Below, piece after piece: positions 27,151 through 40,865 of a DNA stretch of 64,000 nucleotides; the stretch's first letter is position 1; every line of letters begins with the position of its first letter. The notes beneath the pieces are model-generated. The model ran no database searches and had not been told where the DNA came from. It saw only the letters and a program-made list of their open reading frames with translations. The translations under genes were made by a program, and so were the position numbers. Source of the stretch: Azolla caroliniana (lineage: Eukaryota > Plantae > Polypodiophyta); contig JBHGNT010000010.1 of assembly GCA_043228905.1 (NCBI GenBank), forward strand, positions 21,390,001-21,454,000. The letters run 5' to 3'.

Positions 27151-28537
27151 ATTTCACATGTTTGAATCAATTTAATTCACTCTAAAACATCTAGTAGTTT
27201 AGATGTTGAAATGATGTCATAAAGTACATGTTTTGAAATTGCCAATCGACTTGAGATTTTTTTATGCATTTGTCGATTTGTAGAAAATGTAATCAAGTAT
27301 ATGTATATCATGTCAATGTTCTTTGCAATAGTTCAATAAAATGGCTATGATGAGGAACCTAGTGCGTGCAATGAACAAGTTCTATGTTGACTCTTGAACA
27401 AACACATATGCAAAATAAATAATGATGGCACATGATATCCCGTGAAAACTTAGATGCAAAAAGAAAGAGAATCTAAGTCATGATGCATGCTAAACGAGGA
27501 AGACTAAGAAAAATCACCCTTTATCTAAGGTAATGACTTTAACTCAATGCTTGGTAACATTTGAAAGTGACAAGTTGAATCGCATCAAGATGGATTTTTA
27601 TGTTTTGTTTAATATGAGTTAGGTTGAACAATCTCTTGTGCAAATATGGCACTTGGTCCAAGGATTAATAATCGTAGGTAAAAACAATGAAGAATGCGTA
27701 TGCAAGTACAACCACACACAAACTCTACTACCTATAAGACTAGTCTGAAATTATGGTCACATTGGCATGTTTGAAAAGCATGCATTAGACTGAGTGAATT
27801 AAGAAGAGCACAATGAGAAAAAAACATGACATGTTACACAAAACATATTGAGAAGAATGTGTGAACTAAGCATGTCGAGAAGAGCATGCAATATTGAGCA
27901 CTTTGATATATAACACATCTAAATGAGCATTGTTATGACTTGAAATGTTTGAGGAGAATCTCGATTCTTAATGTTAAGACCATGAGATGGAAAAACTCAA
28001 TCGTTTATGGACTTAGAGGTGTCAAGTGCTCTTCAAACATTGGCTAAAGAACTCAAATTGAGAAATCAACAAATGCAAAGACACAATGATCAAAATTTTG
28101 GGATTATTATTTTGGGTATGATTCGCTTCAAGTAAAGTGAAGGCAATTCTTAACCATCGTTTTCAATCATAGCCTTTCATTTTCTTGTTTTGCTTAGTTG
28201 ATAAACCATGGTACACCTATATTTGAGCATGACTCTTTTGCTTAGATAGTTCCTCATTCTCCTGTGGTAAACTTATCAATATACCAACCAATCAATTTTC
28301 GTGAAAATATTTATCGCATATTCTTATGTGTCTATCCATCTTTCTTGCAATATCCTTTCCATGAGTACAAAACAAGAGTGAAAAAGTTAGCAAAAAGATG
28401 ACTACAATTTCAATCCCTTTCTTTCCCTTGATGCACCCAATGATATTTGAGGGATATACAAACACTCCATAGGTTTAACAAGCATTCCTTCAAATAAATG
28501 CACACTAAGTAGTATGTACTCTTTCATGTCAAACTTC

Positions 28538-28685
28538 ACACTTCATCAACTTATCCCAACTTCCAAATGCAAGTTGGATTGTATTATGTCTACAGAACTC
28601 ACCATAAATAACACTTCATCAACTTATCCCAACTTCCAAATGCAAGTTGGATTGTATTATGTCTACAGAACTCACCATAAATAAC
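28538..28685. repeat. Perfect 73-bp tandem duplication downstream of the GT14 stop
   Basis: acacttcatcaacttatcccaacttccaaatgcaagttggattgtattatgtctacagaactcaccataaata at 28538 and 28611. Confidence 0.93.
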
Positions 28686-29034
28686 CTCACAAATCAACAA
28701 TTGTGCTACTTTGCATATTAGATTAGATGCTGAAACATTGGGTAATAGAATAAAAAGAGCTCCAATAAGTAGGCCAATGATCTCAATGATACAGCTCTTG
28801 CTAATAGGGATAATTGATGAGACATGGAATCACTAGTGTATTGAACATCATATATGAATCTAGGCCAAAAGTAGCCTTCAGTATTATACACACATAGGAT
28901 GAAATTAGATTATTCCGGGTTTCTCTTCTTTAGATACAATTCTATTAAGCCTAAACAACGCAAATGAGCTTTGGTTGCAATGTACAAAGGATAGAAAATC
29001 AGAAAGCTCTTCTGAGGATGTATAAATTCTTTCT

Positions 29035-32000
29035 TTATTTGCATTGATTTGCACGAAATTTCTTTGTTGATAACAGGTCTAGTATCATATGTTCAAGTCT
29101 CCTTGAGCCTGATCCTGGTTTTAATAGCGAAGTGTCCCCGATGACATCACAAGGATCTGTTAGGTTTTCGCCTTTACCAATGCACCATCCACCGGGTACC
29201 AAAAAACCATCCTTTCGACCCAATAGTTCAGCATCTACCTTATCGAGTATAGGATCATCTCTTGGAAATTTTCTTGCAAAAGGTGCACAACTCTCGTTCA
29301 TCGCTTGAAAATCATCCAGAGAAAGCAAATGAGGATGCTGCTTTGGTGGATTGTCCCATTTTAGATAATGCATATCATGATTGACTGTTGTATTACTGAA
29401 TTCTTTGCTATTGCAGATGATAGTGTGAAAATAACCCTCCGGCGATGACACAAAGTTAGTGTAGTACATCAGTAATATTCGGGGGAGGTTGTCCCAACCC
29501 CATATACAATATTCTATAAAAGGTCGAGTTAAAATCATCCAAGCAGAACCTGAAAATCAGTAAAACATTGCAGTGCAGACATCATTTAAGTGAAAGAGGA
29601 TAAAAATATAAAAGAAGTGATGCACAGATGGCAAATAAACAACCAACAAAATATTCACTAACGTGAGAAAACCATATTGATGTAAATCTTAAGTAGCTAT
29701 GACCAGCTTTCTCTCTTTATTACCAGTGAATAATTTGAAGGCATCTGGTACACCTCGTTTTTGTGTAGCCCAGAATATATCAGATTTCTTTGACATGTAC
29801 AATCCAGGATCTATTATAATAGGTCTAGCTCTGTGGAACCTGCTCAAAATGCATGTTACAACTTGATATGTTACAATATAATACAAGAAAAAATGAATCC
29901 TCAGAGGTTGAGTGGAATCTTACTCTTTCCAACCAAGATTGCTTGTATGATCAAGAAAATTCAAATCCCTCGGTAAATATGAAAGCACATGGAGCAAATC
30001 TGCTTCAAAAGAGATATGTTCTGAGGGAAAGAAATATAATCCAATGTAGTGCATCAATTAAATTTATGATTTAGAGAATGACAATAATGTCTGGCTTCTT
30101 TCAACAAGCTTGCTATGAATCGGTAAGAACTTTACAAGCACGAATCACATTATTTTATTGCATTCCCAAGATTGTAATACCACATTATTATAACTTATTA
30201 ATCAAATTTCATAAAGTTCTTGAATCATGCAAACCATAATTAAAAATACGAATCTCTATACACCCGTTTCTAATCACCATCTCAAGAAGTCGGCAACAGT
30301 TTTGACCCTACTGCCTCAAGATAAAACAGGAGAATCCCACTTGGTGCTAATAATTACTAATCTTGTGAACTATCCTCATCATTCATTCACAAGGGAGACC
30401 ATAGGCAGCTTTTGCTTCACAAAGAACCCTGCCTCTATCCTATGTGGACAGCGTGTATTATCTCAAAAACAACCCCATTAAAAAAGAAAGAGTAGTAAAC
30501 ATTAAATAAAAAGGAAATATAAAAGATAAACCAGAAGAAAAGTTGAAGTAATATTTCAAAAGAGCAAATAAATTTTTATGATGTCTACTATGGAGAAAAA
30601 CTATAACCCTAATCACGACATTGATGCACTCACATTTCAGCTAAAGCTAGAGGGCACAATTCCAGTTCTACCATATATTGGTAACAGCTTTACAACTGCA
30701 CCCAATTTTACCATTCACATTTTGTGGATTTAATCAGTAAACTACATACAAGAATCCTTATTTAATTATTAAAGAACACATTGCCAATGGAATGGGAATC
30801 TACAGGTTTTACAGACATTTCTTCTGATTTTGTAATATACAAAGTTAGTACAATTCTTTGTTCTATTTTGTAATAAGCTTAAATGATATGAACTTAAAAG
30901 CTTAGTATATAGGATACGTGCAATCAACCAGGTAAAGTAGCCATTTCCATAATATTTCTATGCATGTTAAATAGATAAATAAATATTATTATAATCCTGG
31001 AGGTCAAATATGACCTATAAGACCAAACATGAAAGACTTTCATGTAGGATGAGTGGAATTGAGCAGTGACTCAATCAATGCTCAACAACTTCGCTAATGG
31101 TCATTGCAATTAAAAGTGCACATTATGATTATGTGAGAAATGTGTGTTGGGATCGGAAAATGTGTGGAATGCAATCTTGAATGTGATCTAAGGCATGAAA
31201 TTGTATCAAAATGTGATACAAAGGTGATGGAAGGTGACCTATCGATGGTTTGATGGGAAGCCTATACTCATTACCTGTTTCCTTGATGTATCAAGTGTGC
31301 CTCAATAACAAATCGTGGTAGTCCACATTTATTATTCACATAATTATACATTAGTACAAATGAGAAAATTTTCTACAAATAGATAGGAAAAGATTAACGT
31401 GAATGATAGGATACAGGTCATAGATAGAGAGCAATGTTCTGAAAAAAGGTACCTTCTTTCACTAAAACGCTAATCAAAATTTTGAACTTCCCAGTTTGGA
31501 AATTTTATAATGAGAACATTGTCATATAGAATACATACACATAACATGTATCAATTGGTTCGGTGTCCTCTCATAATTCAGTCAATTTGGTATTATTAGC
31601 TCATAATTCAGGTATTTAAAGAAAACTTGGCTAGTCAGTGAAGGAGAATTTCCCGATCACTGGTTAAGAGCGGATAGAATTATAAAAGCAGTATAAACAA
31701 TATTATTAAGGGTTGGAGAAAAATATTTATTTGTGAGGAACTAATGCTAAGAGAAAAACAGTTCCTGTTGAAAATAGATGGTTATTCCTTTCATTTATAC
31801 AACAAAGCAGTATTTTATTCCGATCATACATTGAAGGAATACAGATAACTCTCTCTATCTTACAATGACACAACACTTTCTCTATATTAGATTGTAGCCA
31901 AACAGTTCATTCTATCTTCCATTGTAATAAAACAGAAGATGAAAGAAGAGATTTAGGGCATAATACCATCTTGAGTTATTAGGGGATAATCGGAGCTACT

Positions 32001-32585
32001 CAAATTAATGAACCAATCCCATTCTTTGCTTTGCCTCAACAAAATTGCAGCAGCATGAAGCGTAGAAGCAACCATAGTCGGCCCCTTGTAAGTAACAAGA
32101 TTCGACTTTGTAATAACATGAACGTTCCCAACTTGAGAGAAGGTAGGATGAAGCTTAACAAACCTGATAAGATCAATTCTTTCATGTGATCGAGCTTCAA
32201 GGTCGAGATGGAGAACGTACTGGTTTCTTGGATGGTAGAGAGCAAGAAGTGTTCTTCTCATTTGAATACCATCTCCTTTAGAACCAGATATGGCGTAAGC
32301 CAGGCGAGGTGGATCAGAAAAGAAGGATGAAAGAGGTGCAGAAGAGGCAGACATAAATGCTGACGAAGATGAAGACGATGTATGAGGAGTAAGTTTCGAC
32401 TCTATGAAGAGATCATCGGGATCTCTGATAGAGAGGAATGATAGGAGGGAAGGCATGAATCCGTTGCTTTGACGTACAGAAAATGAGGAAGATGAAGAAG
32501 AACTTAATGCTACAGTGAGGAGGAGGAGGAGGAGGCAGGAGAAAGCAGAACTGAGAATGAGCGGAAGCAACCATTTCCTGTCCAT
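29035..32585 (-). CDS. Glycosyltransferase family 14 (core-2/I-branching), beta-glucuronosyltransferase GlcAT14-like, 4 coding exons
   Basis: N-terminal TM anchor; PPRLAYAISGSKGDG...LLALYHPRNQYVLHLDLEA...WDWFINLSSSDYPLITQD / DLLHVLSYLPRDLNFLDHTSNLGWKE / FHRARPIIIDPGLY...FKLFTG / SAWMILTRPFIEYCIWGWDNLPR...SSPEGYFHT...QCK*. Confidence 0.95.
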
Positions 32586-33235
32586 GGCTGGCGATACAGA
32601 CAGAAAGAAAGAAAGAAAGAAAGAAAGAAATGTGTTAACGTCTCAAACAGAGAGAGAAAAATTCTCTGCACATGAAAACGCAAACTTGAACCCTAACAGC
32701 GAGTCGTATATGTTTGTTGACAGTAGCTTTCCTCTGGAAAATCCTAAAGCTTGATGAAAGAAAACCCTAGCATTCGTTCGTTCACTGTCTAGCAAAACTC
32801 CTTGAAACTTTAATTTTTTTATCACTGTGTAATTCCCCGTGGAAAACCTTTGCACTGAATTGCTTGAAAGAAGCGTGAGTTCACCTCTGCATTATCTTTT
32901 GTTATGGACGAAAAAAATTCTAATTCTTTTGTTCCGCAAAACCGAACGCAATTTGATCACCTGACAAGAAAGAAGCCTTCCCTCTGCATAACCCTAACGA
33001 CCGTGTCGCATGTGGCTTCGAACCGAGAAGAAACTTCACGGCCACTACAACTATCCTGAAAGCGTCTTGTAAAAAATGTGCTTGGTTTTGTCAGAAAGAC
33101 AGAGAATCCATGGCGGCGAGGGGGGAAGAAGCCATGAGGTACCTTGTCACAGTGCTGTTGTAATCGCAGGCTTGGGAGTCCCTAGGGTTTTAAGTCAGGC
33201 TGCTGCTACTGCTTCACACAGAGATCGTGAGGGCC

Positions 33236-33246
33236 ATGGCCATGGC

Positions 33247-33281
<35 letters not shown>

Positions 33282-33300
33282 CCATCACCATCACCATCAT
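33236..33300. repeat. (CAT)n/(CACCAT)n microsatellite in the GT14 upstream/leader region
   Basis: Direct reading. It reads as (ATG)n on the gene's sense strand. Confidence 0.9.
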
Positions 33301-36230
33301 CTGTCGTCTGTTTCAATTCCGACCAACAAAACAAACAACAGAAAGCTGCAGGCACCTGCGCAAGAAACCGCTATTTTTTATACATATGTACTTCTTCTCT
33401 CCGCTTCTTCAGTCATTGATTGTAGTACATGTATTTATTTCCTCTTCTCTTTTGTTTTTAATAGTATATACATACATACATACATAATTTGTATATCTTC
33501 CTTTTTTATGTTCCAAATTCCTTCCATTTCTTACCTTACTTATCGTTTCTTCATCTGTTTCCGCCTTATATTTTATCGAGAGAAAGATTACTCTCTCTAA
33601 AAATCATTTGCTTTTATGCTTAGTCCCTAGGGGGGCTCTCCACACCCACAACCTTCTTCTTATGTGTAACTAACTAGAATTAGCAGCAGCCTTAGTTAGT
33701 TCACTTAGGGCTTAATCATCCATCAAAATGAGCTCTATCTACTTAGTTGCTAATGATGATTCACATGCTCATACAACACAATAGCATATGTACGTCTCTG
33801 GATGATTTAGTGATATCAATCATCATCTCCCCGAAGTCATATATGTGTGTCGGACTACTTATGACTTGAAAAAGTGAATCGGACATCTAAAGGATCTCAT
33901 ACCTCATGAGATTAACTAAATATGAGGCGATCGCCGATTATACCAACATTATGTGCCTAATTTTCTACTAATCACTATTTTCGGTTTGAAAAATCTACTA
34001 GTGAGTATCCTCGTATAATAGAACATGTGATGCATATTGTAAGTATCCAGGGAAATTTGTTGTAAAGTTAGGGCCCTCGGTATTAGTATAAACTAATGTT
34101 TGTTCCTTTTATTTTTATCTTCCTTATTTTCTACTACCATACAAATTACATACGAAATATTTTCGCAAGGTTAGCATATGTATTTGATCATCGTTTCCTA
34201 GGCCTTGGAATTTCTGTTCTCGTTTTTTGAGAATCGAGGCTATTGCCCAAACCTATCTCGATTCTCAACAATGGTGACAAGTTACAAGTTACAACCATTT
34301 AAAACCTATTTCACGACCAATACTCATGTGCCAACCATTTCCTAATCATTTCCATAGCAATAACATGTATGTCGTGTCTTGCAAGAAACGTTTTTATTTT
34401 ACTTTAGCCACCAACAAATTCTAGAGAAAGTCTTCCATGTTAATATTTTTATTTTACTTTAGTTGTTACGCCCAATGATGATATTTTGACAATAAAAATC
34501 TATCTTATATTAATGTCCTAGGAATCAGCCTTTTTTTATTGGGATTACATTTCTAGGGTGGTTGCCTTTCAAACCTTGTGAGAAGGATTACACACCATCA
34601 ATGGTGGCGAGTTCCTTTCACTCCATGTTCAAAATGTTGTTTATAGTGAGAGATCCTAAGGACAACTCAAAGTGAAGACATGAGAGACTCTCCCCGCCTC
34701 ACTTCAAAGTTCTTGAGTGGGAGGTTTATAGAACCCTAAGCACGTAAATTTGTGTATTATAATTTTGATGTCTTCGACAAGATGAAGATGCATAAGGGCA
34801 CATGATCACTTCTCAAAAACAATAGAACGAAGATTCTAAATTCTAAATCCATTGAAGGTCATGTCTTTTTGTTGTTGTTGTTAACAATAGTAAAATGTAA
34901 TAAAAAGAGTGATTCTCATTAATGAGAATTGAAAGTCATTTAAACCAGAAAACACTTTTCAGTTTTCACATATCGAGGTCAGAATGGGATCGGGTGTTTC
35001 ACGTATTACGAAGATGCCCAGACGGAATGAAACGCTTGATTAATGAACAAAAGAGTGCTAATGACAAAAGTGGCGGGCACCAAACAACAAGCAAGCAAGC
35101 AGGGAAAATGCAAATACAGCTGGTACTTAGCCTTCGATTGCTACCAAACTCACAAGGATGTCATCAATTCGTAGGTGGTTATTAAGTAAAAAGTGTAATA
35201 TAAATGGCCACTAAACCAAAGTTCTTCCCTGCGGAAAGAATTGAATGCTGGAATTTCAAAATTCCGTTGGTAAAATTCAGAAGGATCATGCAAGAAGGCA
35301 ATATCATCTTCTGGCAGTGCAACTTCTCTTGATACTTTGCAGGTCAATGTGACACTACTAACAAACTTTTCTCAGGAAACATATTGCTTCTCATAATATG
35401 TACATGCTTATGCATCTTTGTTATTACATAGCAATCTCATTGAGGCTTTCAATCTGTATTGTATCTTTTCACACCCTAATTGGGTGCTGGTATGAGTGCG
35501 TGTCTCATATTGAAGCGTATCTTCAACTCCATTTGGAAATGATTTGTTTCACGTAATAAAAAACTCACACATCATGAATAATCGTAATTACATTTGTATG
35601 ATATTAACATAAATTAGTGTTGGGGTCACAAGAACGATGACTATGGATGCAGTTTGAAATGATTGAAACATCTATATATAATGCAACTTCATCAATGTCA
35701 TGATAGGACTCTTCAAAAATAAAAGCTTCAATTGAAAACATCATTGTATAGAAGTCTCTTTAGATGACATTCGAATACCTAGTGATTATTATAGTGTTGA
35801 GCACAATGAATCTGAAAGAAACTCTAATGCAATTCCATGCCACAAAGATCCAATATCTTGCTTGAAATGCATCTAGTACACAAAAATTCACTAATCAAGA
35901 AGTATTCTTTCGATTCCAGTCATGGATGAACAACAAATAGCATGAATCCATTTGACTTTTTACATGATGTAAGTAGAGCATGGATTTGATCAGCCAGTTT
36001 CGCAATAAAACATCCAAAAGAAGTAGGCTTCCTCAAGCAAAAAGTAGTCTCTCTCATTAATAAAAATAAGAGAAATGTCTACCAAATAAACAATGGAGAA
36101 ATACCTGCAAGAAAGTGGTCAGTTATTAGATTTTTTCCTTGAGAGGAAATATGATTTCTAGCCAATTTCAATAGTATTTTATTGATTTTCTTCCATTTCA
36201 ATAATTCTCTGAATTCCATGATATGATGAT

Positions 36231-37569
36231 TTATTTCGGCTTTGTATCCTGTTGCTGTTCCTGCTCTTGCCATTGTTCTGGAGTCAGAGCTTTAGTAACT
36301 GAGAGGGCATGTATTTCTTTCATTTCTTCAGAGAGTGCCGAATTGACAAGGCGGTGTCTCTCAAGGAGCCTTTTCCCTTCAAAAGCAGCTGATGCTATCT
36401 CTACCATGAAGCTAGCACCACATCTAAAGACACGTATAGAAAACTAGTATAAGAATAAGCATTGTTGAAGAAGATGACACCACTGTATGATCTATTACAT
36501 TTATGTGGACAATCAGAAGAGCATAGAAAACAACCACATAAGTGATGTGGAAGAAGATGATACCCCATCCTATGATCTATTACATCATGCAAATCAATGT
36601 AGAACAACTGCATATAAACACATAAGACTAGGATAAGAATCAGTGTAGTCGAAGAACACAACACCATTCTATGATCTATCACATCATGTGAGACATTATA
36701 AATATGTGAAATCTAACACATCTAAAGACAAGTGTTAAGAATCAGCATTGAAAAAAAAGATACCATTATGTATATCACATGATGTGAAGTGTTATAACAG
36801 TGTAGAAAACTACATCTAAACACATAAAAAACAAAAACAGAAACTTGCATAAGAATAAAGCATTGTCAAGGAAGATAATACCATTCTACCACATGATCCT
36901 ACTATATGAGGCACTATAAAAATACAGAAAACTCTAAAAGGTCAACGCAAAACACTTTCTGTATATGATATGGTGATGCTCAGACGTGAAGGAATATAGC
37001 AGTACAAAAACTGGTGGCATAGCATAGACACATCAGTTAATACATTATCCACAGAGATCACGAAAAACAATGCTCAAATGCGAGGCATCATAACTATGCC
37101 TAAAAAAGAAACATCGCAAAAAAATCATCAGCTATGACATGATCCACAAGATAAAACAAGGCGGTGGATGTATGCCAGATAACTGTGTGCAGAGAAATTT
37201 CAATACTCAAGGATACTAAAAGCTAAAATCAGCGCAATGAACCAAAACTAACGACATAAAAACCTCCAGAGAGTGATGCAAAAATGATACAAAAACAAAA
37301 CAATTTCCTTTCTTCCAAGGCTATGGCCACAAATTTCTGAAGAATTAAGGAGAGGGAAGAAAAAAAACAAAATTGCAAGTGACGCTTACCCGCCAGATGT
37401 GTCCAAGACAGACTGCAGAGAAGAAAGAGCAACAAACAAAGTGATCAGAGATATGGAGAGCTTACACTAATCAAAGACAGAGATGATGAGACAGCGTGGG
37501 GATTACCAAGTGTGTAGGGTTGAGCTTGGAGTGCAGAGCAGCTTCGACGATCTTCTTCGAGACCCCCAT
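36231..37569 (-). CDS. BOLA2: BolA2-like protein (Fe-S/glutaredoxin partner), 3 exons, missed by the ORF track
   Basis: Exon 1 (37569-37507) MGVSKKIVEAALHSKLNPTHL|gtaatc; 23-nt exon 2 (~37412-37390) SVLDTSGG|gtaagc; exon 3 (~36423-36231) CGASFMVEIASAAFEGKRLLERHRLVNSALSEEMKEIHALSVTKALTPEQWQEQEQQQDTKPK*. Confidence 0.93.
36445..36900. repeat. Degenerate ~90-110-bp tandem array (about 5 units) in BolA2 intron 2
   Basis: Recurrent taagaat.agcattg...gaagaagat.a.accatt.tatgatcta.cacatcatgtg...tagaaaac. Confidence 0.7.
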
Positions 37570-38559
37570 TTTGGCCGTTGCCTTAACCGTGTTAAATCAA
37601 TTCTTCAGAGAAACCAGAAAAACAACAGAGCGATAAGAGATGAAGCTTGAAAATTATTACGTTTTCTTGTTGAAATATGTATGTATGTACATAAAATATA
37701 CATGTCAACATGGTGCGCACACACACACACATTCACTTTTATTTGTTGCTTCCTTCACATTTGTTCCTTTTATGTCCATGTAAACATGCTCTTGTCAGGT
37801 ATATTGTCCTGGCACCACCAATACCACACTTCTTCTTCTTCTTCTCTTCACACACTACATATATACTAAGTATGTCCTCAACACCACACTTCATGTACTT
37901 GCTCTTTTTTATCGTCATCGTGGTGGAGGTATGATGATTCACCACACTTGGGAGTATCGGTGTTGTTACTAATCACATTCAATCTATCCGGTTTCTAGCC
38001 TGCCCATGATCGTTGCTTATCGTATCATTACTTCTGCCTTTGTCATTGATTGTAATATGTTATGCATATAAATACATGCAATACATTGTTGTGTCAATCA
38101 TCATGAACATGTTGCTTCTTGTTGTTGCTCCTATTTGTGGCAATGCTTATGACGGTGGTGTTCTGATCACAACACTCTGCGTATAATTTGTGTTCTTATT
38201 ATTCATGTTGAAGCTAACCCATCTTAGGTCAATGCTTATAATCGTCAGTTGTGTTGGCTATTTGTTGTAGTCAGTTGTCCTTAACCTTTTACTTCCCATT
38301 GTCGTAACTCATATTTGTCATGATAGTGTTGTTTTGATCACCATACTTTCATTGTTGTAGTTATTATTGTTCTCACAATGTCAATGCAGGAAACCCCATG
38401 ATGACATGATAGGATCGACTTGGCTACTCACTTGGTGTCATGGTTCAAGATATGAACCATGAACCAATGCTATCATAAATTAAATTCATAATTACTATCA
38501 AGGGTTCGAGGATGTCTCTGTGACTATGTGCACCTTTATAATTATTATGAAGCATACAT

Positions 38560-38890
38560 GTAACCTCACAATTACATCAATGGACTACAAAGTATGCTCA
38601 AGGCAGGATTGTAGACAACCACACCGTTAGCCACAATTTGGATCAATATGATACGCACATACATCTATGTGTGTATATAAAGGGTTATCAATGGATTATA
38701 AATTGTGCTTGAGGTAGGCTTATAGGTGACCACACAATCAACCTCAAATTGAACTGGTATGATGTTGACATAGACCAAGGTAATTGGTATATAATGGGTT
38801 GTCTATGGAGAATAAACCATGCTCAAGGTAGGCTTCTACATCACATACAATTTGTCACAAATTGGACCAATGTGATATGGACTTGGCGAT
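38560..38890. repeat. Degenerate ~110-125-bp tandem array (3 units)
   Basis: atgga.ta.aaa..atgctcaaggtaggctt..a...accacac...t...cacaaattgga.caat.tgat at ~38577, 38687 and 38802. Confidence 0.65.
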
Positions 38891-39211
38891 CGATATATAA
38901 ATGGTTCCATCTCTCACAAATTGGGTAGTGATCAATTGGGTGGAGAATCTATCTTGAATAACTTAATCAAACAACCCTAACAATGATTAATGAGATAGAT
39001 CACCCTTTGTAGTATATAATTGTACAACTAGACCTGAAATCGAGAAAGCAAAATTACTAGTTAGAAAGTGATATTCTTTAAGGTCCTTTTCGTCATGAAT
39101 ATCTCAAACATGCAACTCGCATGCTGCCAACTTAGGGGAGAGAGTTAGGTCAATTCGTTCATCAAATGTATACTTCGAAAAATTCACTAAAAATAATTAT
39201 ATCATACTCTA

Positions 39212-40349
39212 CCAAGTCATAAGCTTGGTTATGTGCCACCAACATCAAACACATTCTTATTCTCCAATAGTTCCTATGATTATCACATAAATTTCCTTCA
39301 AGATGGCATGTAACCGCTAGATGCAATAACAAATGCAAAACTAGTATTCGGCTTTAAAGTTTTAGATCTTCATTAAACTAATCCTACTTACAATGCGAGT
39401 TGTCCTATCAATTACGCTTCCGTAATAGATGTAGACACATTTATTTTACTTCAATCCTAGGTTCATACTTCCTCTCTTTCCTACTTTCAAACACATTCCA
39501 AGTCATAAGCTTGGTTATGTGCCACCAACATCAAACACATTCTTATTCTCCAATAGTTCCTATGATTATCACATAAATTTCCTTCAAGATGGCATGTAAC
39601 CGCTAGATGCAATAACAAATGCAAAACTAGTATTTCGGCTTTAAAGTTTTAGATCTTCATTAAACTAATCCTACTTACAATGCGAGTTGTCCTATCAATT
39701 ACGCTTCCGTAATAGATGTAGACACATTTATTTTACTTCAATCTTAGGTTCATACTTCCTCTCTTTCCTACTTTCAAACACATTCCAAGTCATAAGCTTG
39801 GTTATGTGCCACCAACATCAAACACATTCTTATTCTCTAATAGTTCCTATGATTATCACATAAATTTCCTTCAAGATGGCATGTAACCGCTAGATGCAAT
39901 AACAAATGCAAAACTAGTATTCGGCTTTAAAGTTTTAGATCTTCATTAAACTAATCCTACTTACAATGCGAGTTGTCCTATCAATTACACTTCCGTAATA
40001 GATGTAGACACATTTATTTTACTTCAATCTTAGGTTCATACTTCCTCTCTTTCCTACTTTCAAACACATTCCAAGTCATAAGCTTGGTTATGTGCCACCA
40101 ACATCAAACACATTCTTATTCTCCAATAGTTCCTATGATTATCACATAAATTTCCTTCAAGATGGCATGTAACCACTAGATGCAATAACAAATGGAAAAC
40201 TAGTATTCGGCTTTAAAGTTTTAGATCTTCATTAAACTAATCCTACTTACAATGAGAGTTGTCCTATCAATTACGCTTCCGTAATAGATGTAGACACATT
40301 TATTTTACTTCAATCCTAGGTTCATACTTCCTCTCTTTCCTACTTTCAA
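39212..40349. repeat. Near-perfect tandem array, 4 x ~286 bp
   Basis: Units start ccaagtcataagcttggttatgtgcc at 39212, 39498, 39785 and 40071, with only a few substitutions or 1-nt indels between them. Confidence 0.96.
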
Positions 40350-40865
40350 TCCCTTTGTGTAGAATTTAAGAAGGTTGGTTGGAATGCCAACACAACAAAA
40401 ACTCACCTCAATTCAAGTAATCTTGAGGCCCAACATGAACGAACTACTTCCATTTCAAAACCAAACTTTACCTACCAAGCCACCCTTACGAAATTGAATC
40501 ACTCTTGCATCTTCCCACTTGAAGACCAAGCACTAGCAACCCTTGCTAATGAAATCATATTCTTTTCACATTTTCATGAAAGTCACGGATGATTTGAATT
40601 AAGAGCAACCATATCCTTTCCACCACCAAACTTTCCTACCATGTTAAATTAGTGACTTTATTAAGCAGAGTATAAAAGGGCTTGGAGGGAGGGTATTTAG
40701 GTATATGCTATTTAGGTATTGATACAAAAGGAGCTTTACAGAAATGAAGAAATAACTTTCATACTCTACGTTGAGATCGAGACATTGTTCAAGGGCATAA
40801 TATTAGCTTATTCTACATGTACCCAAAGACAGAATGTGTGATATTAGTTTTCAAAAACAGAATTT

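Noticed and set aside
33076-33600. 174-aa ORF with a long poly-His tract
   Set aside because: It is produced by a (CAT)n microsatellite antisense to the GT14 leader, and the remainder is low-complexity, non-protein-like sequence.
35150-36110. Possible 3'UTR intron or extra exon of BolA2 (NMD trigger) and a 65-aa ORF
   Set aside because: The gcag|gtattt site at ~36105 is ambiguous between donor and acceptor, no convincing partner site was found, and the ORF has no recognisable homology.
39212-40349. Repeat array as CRISPR-like
   Set aside because: The units are whole-length copies with no unique spacers, the context is eukaryotic, and there are no cas genes.
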